Below are positions 1 to 9,946 of a DNA stretch of 64,000 nt, in pieces. How positions within the stretch are numbered: the first letter of the stretch is position 1; every line of letters starts with the position of its first letter. Source of the DNA: an uncultured Gammaproteobacteria bacterium (GTDB taxonomy: Bacteria; Pseudomonadota; Gammaproteobacteria; Steroidobacterales; Steroidobacteraceae); assembly GCA_963754535.1 (NCBI GenBank), contig CAVWGG010000021.1, positions 19,919 to 83,918 of the forward strand, written 5' to 3'. The notes beneath the pieces were generated by a model, which was not told where the DNA came from, ran no database searches, and saw nothing but the letters and a program-made list of their open reading frames with translations. The translations under genes and the position numbers were made by a program.

Positions 1-895
1 CCGTGCCGAAGACGAGCGCCATGCCGAGCGAAATCTGGTCGATCGGCGCCTTGAAGTACAGTCCCGGCTCAAGGAAGCGCTGGCCGAGTTCGGTCGCGGT
101 CATCGTCTTGGCCGGGTCGCCGATCAGCGTTGCCACCTTGGCCTGCACCTTCGGATCGGCCACGACGTCCTGCAGGAACCCGGGCAGGGAGAAGCCGTAC
201 GGCGACCACACCAGGATCACGAGCACCAGCGACGCGATCACCAGCAGGATGGCCTTGATGATCTGCACCCAGGTCGTCGCGACCATGCCGCCGAACAGCA
301 CGTAGGCGAGCATCAGCACGCCGACCGCGATGACCGATATCTCGTAATCGATGCCGATCAGGGTCTTCACCAGCACCCCGCCGCCGACCATCTGCGCCGT
401 CAGGTAGAACGTCGAGACGGTGATGACGGACAACGCGCCGACGATGCGCATCGCCTTCGGGTTGTTGCGGTAGGCAAGGATGTCGGAAAGCGTGTAACGC
501 CCGATGTTGCGGCACGGCTCGGCGATCACCAGCAGCACGGTGATGTAGGCCACGAGCCAGCCGACCGAGTACATGAACCCGTCATAGCCGTACTGGGAGA
601 TGAGCCCGGCGATACCGAGGAACGAGGCGGCTGAAAGATAGTCGCCCGCGATCGCCCAGCCATTCTGCAGGCCGGTGACGCCACCGCCCGCCGTGTAGAA
701 GTCGGACGCCGACTTCACGCGCTTCGAGGCAACGTACGTGACGTACATCGTGAGCGCGATGATGGCCGCGAACACCGTGAACGTGATCCAGCGGTATTCC
801 TGCGTGACTGCGCCCTGCGCGTAGGCCGTCATGCACACCAGCGGCAGCAGGCCGACGAGGCCCCATGCAAGCGCCTTGCGGTTCTGGAGGTTCAT
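1..895 (-). CDS. actP: cation/acetate symporter ActP (sodium:solute symporter family); only the 5' part is present, the gene runs off the left edge
   Basis: Absent from the ORF track because there is no stop inside the window. My translation of the minus strand from the ATG at 895 reads MNLQNRKALAWGLVGLLPLVCMTAYAQGAVTQEYRWITFTVFAAIIALTMYVTYVASKRVKSASDFYTAGGGVTGLQNGWAIAGDYLSAASFLGIAGL..., a typical SSF/ActP N-terminus. The start overlaps the stop of the upstream DUF485 gene (ATGA), as in yjcH-actP operons. Confidence 0.85.
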   Translation of the reverse strand, partial: MNLQNRKALAWGLVGLLPLVCMTAYAQGAVTQEYRWITFTVFAAIIALTMYVTYVASKRVKSASDFYTAGGGVTGLQNGWAIAGDYLSAASFLGIAGLISQYGYDGFMYSVGWLVAYITVLLVIAEPCRNIGRYTLSDILAYRNNPKAMRIVGALSVITVSTFYLTAQMVGGGVLVKTLIGIDYEISVIAVGVLMLAYVLFGGMVATTWVQIIKAILLVIASLVLVILVWSPYGFSLPGFLQDVVADPKVQAKVATLIGDPAKTMTATELGQRFLEPGLYFKAPIDQISLGMALVFGT

Positions 896-1221
896 GTCGT
901 CACCTTCCCTTTCTCGTAGTCCGCGGCGATCTCGCGCGCGAGACGATCGAATTCGGACCCGGCCCGGCGCGAGTAGAAGATCGCGACCCCCCAGGCGACG
1001 ATGAACTGGAACAGTGCGAACACCAGCCCGACGTTGACGACGCCCCAGACCTTGATCTTGTACAGGTCCTGGAAATAGGCGGCGCCGATCGGCAACAGGA
1101 AGTAGAAGACCACCGAGAAGATCATGAGGCCGGTCAGGAACCCCTGTTTCTTGCGGTGCAGTGTCTGGAAGCGCGGGTCGTTGATGACGGCGTTCCAGTC
1201 GATCGTCGGCGGTGCGGCCAT
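892..1221 (-). CDS. DUF485 (YjcH-like) inner-membrane protein
   Basis: Track ORF 892..1353, trimmed to the internal ATG at 1221. The product MAAPPTIDWNAVINDPRFQTLHRKKQGFLTGLMIFSVVFYFLLPIGAAYF... has two TM helices, and its position directly upstream of actP is canonical. Confidence 0.85.
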   Translation of the reverse strand: MAAPPTIDWNAVINDPRFQTLHRKKQGFLTGLMIFSVVFYFLLPIGAAYFQDLYKIKVWGVVNVGLVFALFQFIVAWGVAIFYSRRAGSEFDRLAREIAADYEKGKVTT

Positions 1222-1312
1222 GAAGCTCTCCCCCTGTTCGATGGGCACTGGCCGGGAATCTAGCAAGGACGACCCGCGGCGGAACTGAGACATTGGTCTA
1301 AGATGGCTGCCC

Positions 1313-2560
1313 ATGACCACCAAGCCATACGACGTCGTCGTCTTCGGCGCCACGAGCTTCGTGGGCCAGATCCTCGCCCGTTACCTGTTCGAAGAGTTCG
1401 GCCTAGACGGCAAGCTGCGCTGGGCCGCAGCCGGTCGGTCCCTCCCGAAACTCGAAGAGCTGCGCAGGTCTCTCGGCAAGGGCGCCGGCAAGCTCCAGCT
1501 GCTGCAGGCTGACGCAGGTGACGAACCCTCGCTGCGGCAACTATGCAAGGGCACCCGGGTCATCGTGTCCACGGTGGGTCCGTATGCGTTGTATGGCGAA
1601 CCGCTAGTGCGCGTCTGCGCCGAGACCGGCACAGACTACTGCGACCTCACGGGCGAGGTGCAGTGGATGCGGCGCATGATCCACAAGTACGAACAGACGG
1701 CGCGGGCCGCGGGCGCGCGCATCGTGCACAACTGCGGGTTCGATTCGATTCCGTCCGACCTGGGCGTGCACCATTTGCAGCAACAGGCGCAGGAACGCTT
1801 CGGCCAGCCCTGCACCACCGTGAAGATGCGCGTCCGCTCCATGCGCGGCAGTTTCTCCGGTGGCACCGTGGCCTCGCTGCTCAACGTACTGAAGGAAGTC
1901 AAAGCGAATCCGGCGTTGCGCAAGGAGCTCGCGGATCCCTATTCGCTCTGCCGCCAGGTCGACGGCAAGGGCAGCGCCAAGCGTGTCCGGCAGGCAAACG
2001 TTGGTTTCGCCGAATACGATCCCGACTTCAACGCATGGGTCGCGCCGTTCGTCATGAGCGCGATCAATACGCGCGTGGTGCATCGAACCAATGCGTTGCT
2101 GCACGACGCCTACGGCCCGGAGTTCCGGTACGACGAGGCCGTGCTGATGGGTCGGGGGTTACGCGGTCGCCTGGCGGCTGCGGCGACGGGTGCCGGACTC
2201 GGCGCGTTCATGGTCGCCGGCTCGATCGGCACCGTGCGCTCACTGCTCGAGAAGTACGTGCTGCCGGCGCCGGGCGAAGGACCGAGCCCGGAAGCGCAAC
2301 TCAAGGGCGGCTTCGACCTGCGCTTTCATGGCCGCACGAATCGGGGTGACGTCCTCCGCACGCGCGTCACGGGTGACCGGGATCCGGGTTACGGCTCGAC
2401 CGCGAAGATGCTGGGACAGGCGGCGGCCTGCCTGGCGAGCGACATCTCGAAGAAGCAGGTGGCCGGTGGATTCTGGACACCCGCGGTCATCTTCGGTGAC
2501 CGCATCGTCGAACGCCTGCAGGCCCATTCGGGCCTGACGTTCGAAGTGCTCGACAAGTAA
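1313..2560 (+). CDS. saccharopine dehydrogenase-like NAD(P)-binding oxidoreductase (trans-acting enoyl reductase family)
   Basis: 415 aa. N-terminal Rossmann motif DVVVFGATSFVGQILARYL. Overall resemblance to the SCCPDH / Rv2449c-like family. Confidence 0.85.
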   Translation: MTTKPYDVVVFGATSFVGQILARYLFEEFGLDGKLRWAAAGRSLPKLEELRRSLGKGAGKLQLLQADAGDEPSLRQLCKGTRVIVSTVGPYALYGEPLVRVCAETGTDYCDLTGEVQWMRRMIHKYEQTARAAGARIVHNCGFDSIPSDLGVHHLQQQAQERFGQPCTTVKMRVRSMRGSFSGGTVASLLNVLKEVKANPALRKELADPYSLCRQVDGKGSAKRVRQANVGFAEYDPDFNAWVAPFVMSAINTRVVHRTNALLHDAYGPEFRYDEAVLMGRGLRGRLAAAATGAGLGAFMVAGSIGTVRSLLEKYVLPAPGEGPSPEAQLKGGFDLRFHGRTNRGDVLRTRVTGDRDPGYGSTAKMLGQAAACLASDISKKQVAGGFWTPAVIFGDRIVERLQAHSGLTFEVLDK

Positions 2561-2596
2561 GCAACGCGACAGCAACGACACGACGAGGAACGACCG

Positions 2597-3025
2597 ATGC
2601 CGACCAACGCTGAATTCCTGCTGCCCGTCCTGGCGCTCGTGGCCTGGACCCTCGTCATGTGGTTCTGGATGTATGCCACGCGCATCCCCGCAATGAAGCG
2701 AGTGGGGATCGATCCACAGGAAGCGGCACACCCGGGCACGTACGCTCACCGGATGCCTGAACACGCCCGGTCCGTCGCTGACAACTACAACCACCTGCAC
2801 GAGCAGCCCACGATTTTCTACGCGTTGATGTTCTTCATTACGCTCACGGGCGGAGCTGCCGCCGGGACGCTGAGCCTGGCCTGGGCCTACGTCGGCAGCC
2901 GCGTCGTGCACTCGCTGGTGCAATCAACGATCAACAAGGTGGTCGTGCGGTTCACGATTTTTGCCTTCGGGTCGCTGCTGCTCGTCTGCATGACGGTGCG
3001 GGAACTGATCCGCATCCTGGGCTGA
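2597..3025 (+). CDS. MAPEG family membrane protein
   Basis: 142 aa with 3-4 TM helices. The NYNHLHEQPTIFYALMF motif region is typical of bacterial MAPEG. GAGGAA RBS. Confidence 0.75.
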   Translation: MPTNAEFLLPVLALVAWTLVMWFWMYATRIPAMKRVGIDPQEAAHPGTYAHRMPEHARSVADNYNHLHEQPTIFYALMFFITLTGGAAAGTLSLAWAYVGSRVVHSLVQSTINKVVVRFTIFAFGSLLLVCMTVRELIRILG

Positions 3026-3055
3026 CCTGCGGGCGAGGGAGTCGGGAGGTCCCAC

Positions 3056-5482
3056 GTGACCGTTCTCGAGCGATCGGAAAGTGCCCCGCGGCACGATCAA
3101 GCACTCGCGCTGGACTCGCGCAGCGGGGCCGTTGCTGCGCTGATCGCGTTCGCCCTCTCGCTCGGTACCGCCATTCTCGGTCTGGCGTTCACGTATCGCG
3201 GACTTGCGGTCGTGTGGCCGGCGGCAGGTGTCGTCACCGGGCTGTGGCTGGTCACGCCTGCCCGGCACCGCTATCCCGTCGTCGCGGGCATCACTGCCGG
3301 GCTGCTCGCCGGCAACCTCATCGCCGGGCGCACGCTGCTGCTCAACGTGATGTTCATCGGCGCGAACCTGGGCGAGGCGTGGCTGGTCACCGCGCTGCTC
3401 CGGCGCTGGATCGGCCAACCCATCCAGCTGTCGACCTTGCGGCAGGTCGGCTGGTTCATCCTCGCCGTCGCCCTGACCGTGACGATCGGAGGCGCAATCG
3501 GCGCGATCGGACTGGTGCGCATACCGGCCATCGGGCACGACTACGTCGACAACTGGTTCATGTGGATCCGTTCGCGGGGGATCGGCATGTTGACGGTGGC
3601 TCCGGCCGTGATCGCCCTCGCGACCATGCCGCGGCGATCCCTGGCCGAGATGTGGCACGACGGCAAGGTCACGCTCGTGGCGATGGCGGCGCTGGTGCTC
3701 CTGGCGTCCACGCTGGTCAGTTTCAGGATTTCGTCGAATGAACTGCTGTCGCTGCTGTTCCTGCTGGCGATCGTCTATCCGCTGATCCTGCTCGTCGCCG
3801 CCCGCAGCGAGCCCGTGTGGACCTACATTTCACTGCTCGCCGTCACATTGCTCGTCGTCTGGCGCCTCGGGCGCGGCGGCGGCTTGTTCGACGGCGACGT
3901 CGAGGTGGCGCAGGCATTCATGTTCGTGAGCAGCCTGTGGGCGCTCACGCTGGCGGTCGTGCTGGAACAGCAGCGGCGCGCACGCGAGAAGGCGCAGTTC
4001 AGCGAACGCAGCATGCGCGCGGCGCTCGCCGCCGGGCGCGGCTTCACCTTCGATTACGACCCGCTCGCCGACTTCGTCCGCCGTGCCGACCCTGACCAGA
4101 TTCTCGCGCCGTTCATGGAGGAGTCGGGCGCGAGCTTCTTCGAGCGCGTGCTGCCAGAGGATCGCGCCCGGCTGCAGAATGCGGTGACGTCGCTGTCGCC
4201 CGGTTCGCCGACGTACGATGCGACGTACGGCTCACGCCGTCCCGACGGCAGGATCGTCTGGCTGCAGGAACGCGGCATCGCAGAGTTCGACGAGACCGGT
4301 GCGCTCGTCCGGCTGCAGGGACTCACGATGGACGTCACCGCGCGCCGCGAAGCCGAGGAAGCACTGCGCGAGGCGGACCGCAAGAAGGACCGCTTCATCG
4401 CGACGCTCGCGCACGAATTGCGCAATCCGCTCGCGCCGATACGGACTGCCGCGGACCTACTGGGCTCGGCGCAGTCGGGTTCGGCCGAGGTCGACTGGGC
4501 GCGCAAGGTCATCCAGCGGCAGGTCGGCCACATGGGGGCACTGCTCGACGACCTGCTCGACGTGGCGCGCATCACGCGCGGCAAGCTCGACATCCGCAAG
4601 CGGCGGGTCCGGCTCGATGGCGTGATCGAGACCGCGGTCGAGGCCGCACGCCCCGTCATCGATGCGCGCGACCAGCACCTGGAAATCGACGCCCCGCCGG
4701 ACGCGCCCCTGCTCGAAGCCGACCCGCTGCGACTCGCGCAAGTCATCTCGAACCTGCTCACGAACGCGGCGAAGTATTCCGATCCAGGCGGACGGATCAA
4801 GCTGACTGCGCGCGCGTCCGGTCCACAGTTGCAACTGAGCGTGAAGGACACCGGCATCGGCATCCCGGCCGGCGAATTCGAGCACATCTTTGAAATGTTC
4901 TCGCAACTCCAGGAAGCAGGCGAACGCAGCGAGGGCGGTCTCGGCATCGGGCTGGCGCTGGTGAAGGGCCTGGTCGAACTGCACGGTGGAACGGTCACGG
5001 CGCACAGTCCCGGCCCCGGCCAAGGCAGCGAATTCGTGGTGACGGTGCCCTGTATCGTTGCGGAAAAACCCAGAGACGGCGCCGGCCCGGCTCACCAGGA
5101 AGCAGCGGGTGGCAACGGGCGCCGCCTGCTGGTCGTGGACGACAATCGCGATGCCGCCGACAGCCTGGCGCTGCTGCTCGGCTTCGACGGTCACGACGCG
5201 CGCGTGGCCTATACGGGCAAGCAGGCGCTCGAGGTCGCGCGCGAATTCCTGCCGGACGTGGCCATCCTCGACCTGGGCCTGCCGGACCTGAGCGGCTACG
5301 ACGTCGCCAGGCAAATGCGCCGTGAACCGGCCCTTGCCGGAGTTCGGCTGATCGCCTTGTCCGGCTGGGGCCAGAACGAGCACCAGCAGCAGGCGCGCGA
5401 GGCCGGCTTCGACCATCACCTGATCAAGCCTGCGGATCCGGATGAGTTGCTGGCGTTGCTGGCGGAGCAGCCGTCGAGCTGA
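3056..5482 (+). CDS. hybrid sensor histidine kinase/response regulator (MASE1-PAS-HisKA-HATPase-REC)
   Basis: 808 aa with a GTG start after GGGAGG. MASE1-like membrane N-terminus (VVWPAAGVVTGLWLV). H-box FIATLAHELRNPLAPI, G-boxes DTGIGI and GGLGIGLALV, and a receiver LLVVDDNRDAADSL...DLGLPDLSGY...KP. Confidence 0.92.
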   Translation: MTVLERSESAPRHDQALALDSRSGAVAALIAFALSLGTAILGLAFTYRGLAVVWPAAGVVTGLWLVTPARHRYPVVAGITAGLLAGNLIAGRTLLLNVMFIGANLGEAWLVTALLRRWIGQPIQLSTLRQVGWFILAVALTVTIGGAIGAIGLVRIPAIGHDYVDNWFMWIRSRGIGMLTVAPAVIALATMPRRSLAEMWHDGKVTLVAMAALVLLASTLVSFRISSNELLSLLFLLAIVYPLILLVAARSEPVWTYISLLAVTLLVVWRLGRGGGLFDGDVEVAQAFMFVSSLWALTLAVVLEQQRRAREKAQFSERSMRAALAAGRGFTFDYDPLADFVRRADPDQILAPFMEESGASFFERVLPEDRARLQNAVTSLSPGSPTYDATYGSRRPDGRIVWLQERGIAEFDETGALVRLQGLTMDVTARREAEEALREADRKKDRFIATLAHELRNPLAPIRTAADLLGSAQSGSAEVDWARKVIQRQVGHMGALLDDLLDVARITRGKLDIRKRRVRLDGVIETAVEAARPVIDARDQHLEIDAPPDAPLLEADPLRLAQVISNLLTNAAKYSDPGGRIKLTARASGPQLQLSVKDTGIGIPAGEFEHIFEMFSQLQEAGERSEGGLGIGLALVKGLVELHGGTVTAHSPGPGQGSEFVVTVPCIVAEKPRDGAGPAHQEAAGGNGRRLLVVDDNRDAADSLALLLGFDGHDARVAYTGKQALEVAREFLPDVAILDLGLPDLSGYDVARQMRREPALAGVRLIALSGWGQNEHQQQAREAGFDHHLIKPADPDELLALLAEQPSS

Positions 5483-5546
5483 CCGTTTGCAAATACGCGC
5501 CCGTTGGGTTCATCTACGCGGCGGCTCATTGTCTTAGGAGTTACTG

Positions 5547-7100
5547 ATGCGTGGTTCGATCGCTACCCTGGCCCTGGCGGCCTTGCTCTCCGTCGCGCCC
5601 GTGACCACCTGGAGCAAGGACGAAACGGCGACCGTCCCCGCGGAAAAAGCCAAGCCGGCGGCGGACGTGAAGGAAGCGGTCCCTGCCTCCTCCGTCACGC
5701 GGCACCAGGTGACGATCGACGGCAAGGTGATCAAGTACACCGCGACGGCCGGTTGGTACATCCTCAAGGATCCGCAGGACAAGCAGATCGCCCGCTTCGG
5801 CTACACCGCGTACACGGTCGACGGCGTGAAGAACCTGGCGCTGCGGCCGGTCACGTTCGCCTTCAATGGCGGCCCGGGTTCGTCCTCGATCTGGCTGCAC
5901 ATGGGGATCATGGGTCCGCGCCGCGTGGTCGTGAACGACGGCGGCTACGCGCCGCCCCCGCCCTCGCTGGTCGTCGATAACCCGTACACGCCGCTCGACG
6001 TGACCGACGTGGTCATGATCGATCCGGTGGGCACCGGCTTCAGCAAGCCGCTCGGCGATGCCAAGCCCGCGGACTTTCACGGCGTCGACGAAGACATCAA
6101 GTCCGTCGCGCAGTTCATCAAGCGCTACGTCTCGGAGAACGGACGCTGGGGCTCGCCCAAGTACGTGCTCGGCGAGAGCTACGGCGGCATGCGGGGCGCA
6201 GGACTCGCCTACTACCTGCAGGCGAACGTGAACATGAACCTGAACGGACTCGTGCTCGTCTCGCCGTTCCTGAACGGCGCCACGGGTATCGACGGCGAAG
6301 GGATGGATCTCGGCCACGTCACGTACCTGCCGACGCTCGCGACGACGGCGTGGTACCACGGTCTCGTCCCGGACAAGCCGGCCACCGTGCAGGAATACGC
6401 GGCGGAGGTCGAACGGTTCGCACGCACCGAATACGCGGCGGCGCTCGAGCAGGGCTTCGTCATTCCGGAAGCTGAAAAGAAGGCGGTGGCAGCGAAGCTG
6501 GCCCGCTACACCGGCACGACGCCCGAGTTCTGGGAGCGCGCCGACCTGCGCGTGAGCCACCCGCAGTTCCTGCAGGAACTGAAGCGCAACGATCGCCTCA
6601 TCGCAGGCCGCATCGACTCGCGCTTCATCGGCCCGGCGCTCAACCCGCTCGCCGAAGACATGGACTACGACCCGTTCTTCCCGTCCGTCGGTCCGGCGTA
6701 CGCGTCCGCGTTCCTCGGCTACATGCACGACGAACTCAAGTTCGGCCGCGACGAGGAATACATGGTCTCGGCGTTCGAGATCGACTGGAGCTGGAAGCAC
6801 AAGGCACCCGGCCACGGCGGCTGGATGTCGCCGGTGCCGACGACCGTGCCCGATCTTGCCCTGGCAATGACGATGAATCCGGGATTGCACGTGCTGGTGC
6901 AGCAGGGCTGGTACGACCTGGCGACGCCGTTCCTCGCCACCAAGATGGACCTCGAGCACCTGCGCATCACGCCCGAGGCGCGCAAGCGCATCCAGGTCGA
7001 GCTCTACGACGCCGGTCACATGATGTACATACACGAGCCATCGATGCGGAAGTTCCGCAACGATCTCGTCGGCTTCATCCGGGCGACCGACCGGCTCTGA
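5547..7100 (+). CDS. exported serine carboxypeptidase, peptidase S10 family
   Basis: 517 aa with a signal peptide (MRGSIATLALAALLSVAPVTTWS). NGGPGSSS and GESYGG catalytic-serine motifs. AGGAG RBS. Confidence 0.88.
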   Translation: MRGSIATLALAALLSVAPVTTWSKDETATVPAEKAKPAADVKEAVPASSVTRHQVTIDGKVIKYTATAGWYILKDPQDKQIARFGYTAYTVDGVKNLALRPVTFAFNGGPGSSSIWLHMGIMGPRRVVVNDGGYAPPPPSLVVDNPYTPLDVTDVVMIDPVGTGFSKPLGDAKPADFHGVDEDIKSVAQFIKRYVSENGRWGSPKYVLGESYGGMRGAGLAYYLQANVNMNLNGLVLVSPFLNGATGIDGEGMDLGHVTYLPTLATTAWYHGLVPDKPATVQEYAAEVERFARTEYAAALEQGFVIPEAEKKAVAAKLARYTGTTPEFWERADLRVSHPQFLQELKRNDRLIAGRIDSRFIGPALNPLAEDMDYDPFFPSVGPAYASAFLGYMHDELKFGRDEEYMVSAFEIDWSWKHKAPGHGGWMSPVPTTVPDLALAMTMNPGLHVLVQQGWYDLATPFLATKMDLEHLRITPEARKRIQVELYDAGHMMYIHEPSMRKFRNDLVGFIRATDRL

Positions 7101-7162
7101 ACAGGCGCTGCGGATGGCGAATCAAGGCAACCCGGACGCCGGGCCTGCCGATTCTTACACCC

Positions 7163-8731
7163 TCATTCGCGATAATGGCAGCCGCGACTTTCGGGGTTGG
7201 CCCATGCGGCCAGCGTCACAATGAGCGCCACGCGCACGGCGTTGCGCAGGCCGATCAGGTCGTCGGTCATCGCAGCCGCGCGATAGAAACGCTCCACCTC
7301 GACTTCGAGGTTGCGCAGGGCCTCGATCGCGCGCAGCAGCCGGCGCGTGGTCCGCACCAGGCCGACGTAGTTCCACATGATGTGCCGCAGCGAGCTCATA
7401 TCCTGCGCGATGAGCGCGGGATCGGGCGCTTCCGTCCCGGTGTCCTGCCATGGCGGGATGTCGTCGAAGCGGACACCGTTGCTTGCTGCCAACTGATGCG
7501 CGATGCGCTGCGCCGAGCGATGACCCCAGACCAGGCCCTCGAGCAGCGACGTGCTCGCGAGCCGGTTCGCGCCGTGGAGGCCCGAGCACGCAACCTCGCC
7601 GACGGCATAGAGCCGATCGACTGTCGTTGCGCCATCGAGGTCGACCCAGACGCCGCCACACGAATAATGCGCGGCCGGCACGACCGGCAGCGGGTCCCGC
7701 GTGATGTCGATGCCGTACTCGAGACAGCTGCGGTACATCTCGGGGAATTCGGCACGGATGCGCTCGGCCGGAACGTAGTTGGCGACATCCAGGTAAACGT
7801 TGGGCACGCCCTGTCGCAGCATCTCGGCGTGGATGCTGCGCGCGACGACGTCGCGCGGAGCAAGATCCTTCCACTTGGCGTCGTAGCGGTCCATGAACGG
7901 CTGCCGCTTCTCATCGACCAGGCGCGCGCCCGCGCCCCGCACGGCTTCCGTGATCAGGAAGCAAGGCGCATTGCGGTGATAGAACGCCGTCGGATGGAAC
8001 TGGACGTATTCGGTGTTGATGACGCGCGCGCCGGCGCGGTATGCCATCGCGAGCCCGTCGCCGCGCGAGCCGGCGGGATTCGTCGTGCGCAGGAAGATCT
8101 GGCCGAGACCGCCGGTGGCCAGCACGGTGGCGCGGGCGAAGCAGCGATCGATCTTGCCGGTCTGCTGGTCGTAGACATACGCGCCGACGCACGACAGCGG
8201 ATCGTACACGGCGCGCCGATCGCGGCCCTGGTGCGCAGGCGTCAGCAGGTCGACGGCGGTGTGGTGCGTGAGCAGGCGAACGCGCGGATGCGCGCGCAGC
8301 GCCTCGATGAGCTTGTCCTCGATGGCACGGCCGGTGGCGTCGGTGGCGTGCACGATGCGGGCGATCGAGTGCCCTCCTTCGCGGCCCAACGAGAGGTGGC
8401 CGTCGGGCGCGCGATCGAACGGCACGCCGAGCTTGTCGATCAGTATCGACTGGACGAGCGGCGGACCCTCGCTGGCGAGCGTCTGGACCGCCTGCTCGTG
8501 GCACAGGCCGGCGCCGGCGTTGATGATGTCCCGCGCCAGCGACTCGGGTGAATCGCGCTCACCGCGGAAGATGATGCCGCCCTGTGCCCAGTACGTGTTC
8601 GACTCGCCGGCGCGGTCGGCGCGAGTAATCACTGCAACGTCGAGGCCCGACTCCGCGAGTTCGAGCGCAGCCGTGCCGCCGGCAATGCCGCAGCCGATGA
8701 CCAGGACGTCGCTACGGAGGACTTCGTTCAA
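7163..8731 (-). CDS. nadB: L-aspartate oxidase
   Basis: C-terminal 522 codons of the artificial 1218-aa track ORF. TTG start at 8731 overlaps the nadA stop (TTGA). FAD motif DVLVIGCGIAGGTAAL, plus RGDGLAMAYRAGA and GLHGANRLASTSLLE. Confidence 0.9.
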   Translation of the reverse strand: MNEVLRSDVLVIGCGIAGGTAALELAESGLDVAVITRADRAGESNTYWAQGGIIFRGERDSPESLARDIINAGAGLCHEQAVQTLASEGPPLVQSILIDKLGVPFDRAPDGHLSLGREGGHSIARIVHATDATGRAIEDKLIEALRAHPRVRLLTHHTAVDLLTPAHQGRDRRAVYDPLSCVGAYVYDQQTGKIDRCFARATVLATGGLGQIFLRTTNPAGSRGDGLAMAYRAGARVINTEYVQFHPTAFYHRNAPCFLITEAVRGAGARLVDEKRQPFMDRYDAKWKDLAPRDVVARSIHAEMLRQGVPNVYLDVANYVPAERIRAEFPEMYRSCLEYGIDITRDPLPVVPAAHYSCGGVWVDLDGATTVDRLYAVGEVACSGLHGANRLASTSLLEGLVWGHRSAQRIAHQLAASNGVRFDDIPPWQDTGTEAPDPALIAQDMSSLRHIMWNYVGLVRTTRRLLRAIEALRNLEVEVERFYRAAAMTDDLIGLRNAVRVALIVTLAAWANPESRGCHYRE

Positions 8732-9792
8732 TCGATTTTCGGCCCGACGGCCAGCATGCGTTCGACCGCGCGCAGCGCGCGCACCCGGACGTGCTCGGGC
8801 ACGTCGATCTCCCAGCGCATGAATTTCAGCGAATCGCGCGTCTGCTCGAGCGTGATCTCGTGCATGTGCGGGCACCGGTGACTGCAGAGGCGCAGCATTT
8901 CCTTGCCCGGATTCGCGGCGACGATGTTGTCGCCCATCGAGCATTCCGTGAGCAGCAGGAAGCGCTTCGCCGACGATCTTTCGACGGCCCGGATCATCGC
9001 CGTCGTGCTGCCCGAGAAATCCGCCTTCGCGGTGACGTCCGGGCTGCATTCGGGATGCGCCAGGATCATCACGTCGGGGTACTGCTTGCGGACCACGTCG
9101 ACGTCTTCGGGCGTGAACAGTTCGTGCACTTCGCAGCGGCCCTTCCAGGCAATCATCGTGTGCTCGACGGTCGTGTCGCCGCCGCTCGCTGCCGCCGCGC
9201 CCTTGCGCAGCACCGACGGCACGATGACGTGGCGCCCGGTCTCGCGCGCCACGTTGCGGGCGAGGAACTCGTCGGGCAGGAAAATCACCGTGTCGGACTT
9301 GAGCGACTCGACGACCGCGGCCGCGTTGCTCGACGTGCAGCAGATGTCGCACTCGGCCTTCACGTCGGCATAGGTGTTGATGTAGGTGACGATCGGCACG
9401 CCCGGATAGGCTTCGCGCAATGCACGCACGTCGGCTGCGGTAATGCTCTCCGCCAGCGAGCAGCCGCCCTTCTCCGTCGGCAGCAGCACCGTCTTGGTCG
9501 GGTTCAGGATCTTCGCGGTCTCGGCCATGAAGCGCACGCCGCAGAAAACGATGACCGACTTGTCGGTCTCGGCGGCGCGGCGGCTGAGCTCGAGCGAGTC
9601 GCCCTGGAAGTCGGGCACCGTGTGGAACAGCGCCGGCTCCATGTAATTGTGCCCGAGGATCACGGCGTCGCGCTCCACCTTCAGGCGCAGCACTTCGGCG
9701 GCGACCTCCGCCTTGATGAAGAGCTCGGCGTCCGGCAGGACGTCCCCGAGGCTCGTTTGCAGGTCGCGGTAAATTTCCTGGGCGGTCTTCAA
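8728..9792 (-). CDS. nadA: quinolinate synthase
   Basis: 354 aa with a TTG start. ILGHNYMEPALF, VRFMAETAKILNP and conserved Cys ligands. Coupled to nadB. Confidence 0.92.
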   Translation of the reverse strand: MKTAQEIYRDLQTSLGDVLPDAELFIKAEVAAEVLRLKVERDAVILGHNYMEPALFHTVPDFQGDSLELSRRAAETDKSVIVFCGVRFMAETAKILNPTKTVLLPTEKGGCSLAESITAADVRALREAYPGVPIVTYINTYADVKAECDICCTSSNAAAVVESLKSDTVIFLPDEFLARNVARETGRHVIVPSVLRKGAAAASGGDTTVEHTMIAWKGRCEVHELFTPEDVDVVRKQYPDVMILAHPECSPDVTAKADFSGSTTAMIRAVERSSAKRFLLLTECSMGDNIVAANPGKEMLRLCSHRCPHMHEITLEQTRDSLKFMRWEIDVPEHVRVRALRAVERMLAVGPKID

Positions 9793-9946
9793 GAGCTGGC
9801 CCCGTCGCGGCTGCCCGTTGCAGCCTGTTCGCCCATTCTAGCGGACCGGGGTTGCGCCGGCTCGTCCCGGCCGCGGCGCGGCCTTTTCCCGGCCCCATCC
9901 GCCCGTAGCACGCTATGATTCGCGGCCCTTTTCGACTGTAACCAGG

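Noticed and set aside
5541-7034. 497-aa minus-strand ORF antisense to the S10 carboxypeptidase gene
   Set aside because: It is Arg/Asp/His/Gly-rich with no recognisable domain. The + strand frame carries clear S10 motifs and a signal peptide. This is a typical high-GC shadow ORF.
9793-9946. Possible NAD+ (nadA-motif) riboswitch in the nadA leader: CAACCCC element (minus strand, 9848..9854) plus a GCUGCaacggGCAGC hairpin
   Set aside because: The remembered consensus is CAACANCCCC in a tandem two-domain arrangement that is restricted to Acidobacteria. Only a partial single match is present, and I could not draw the two-domain fold by hand. A covariance-model scan (Rfam nadA) would settle it.
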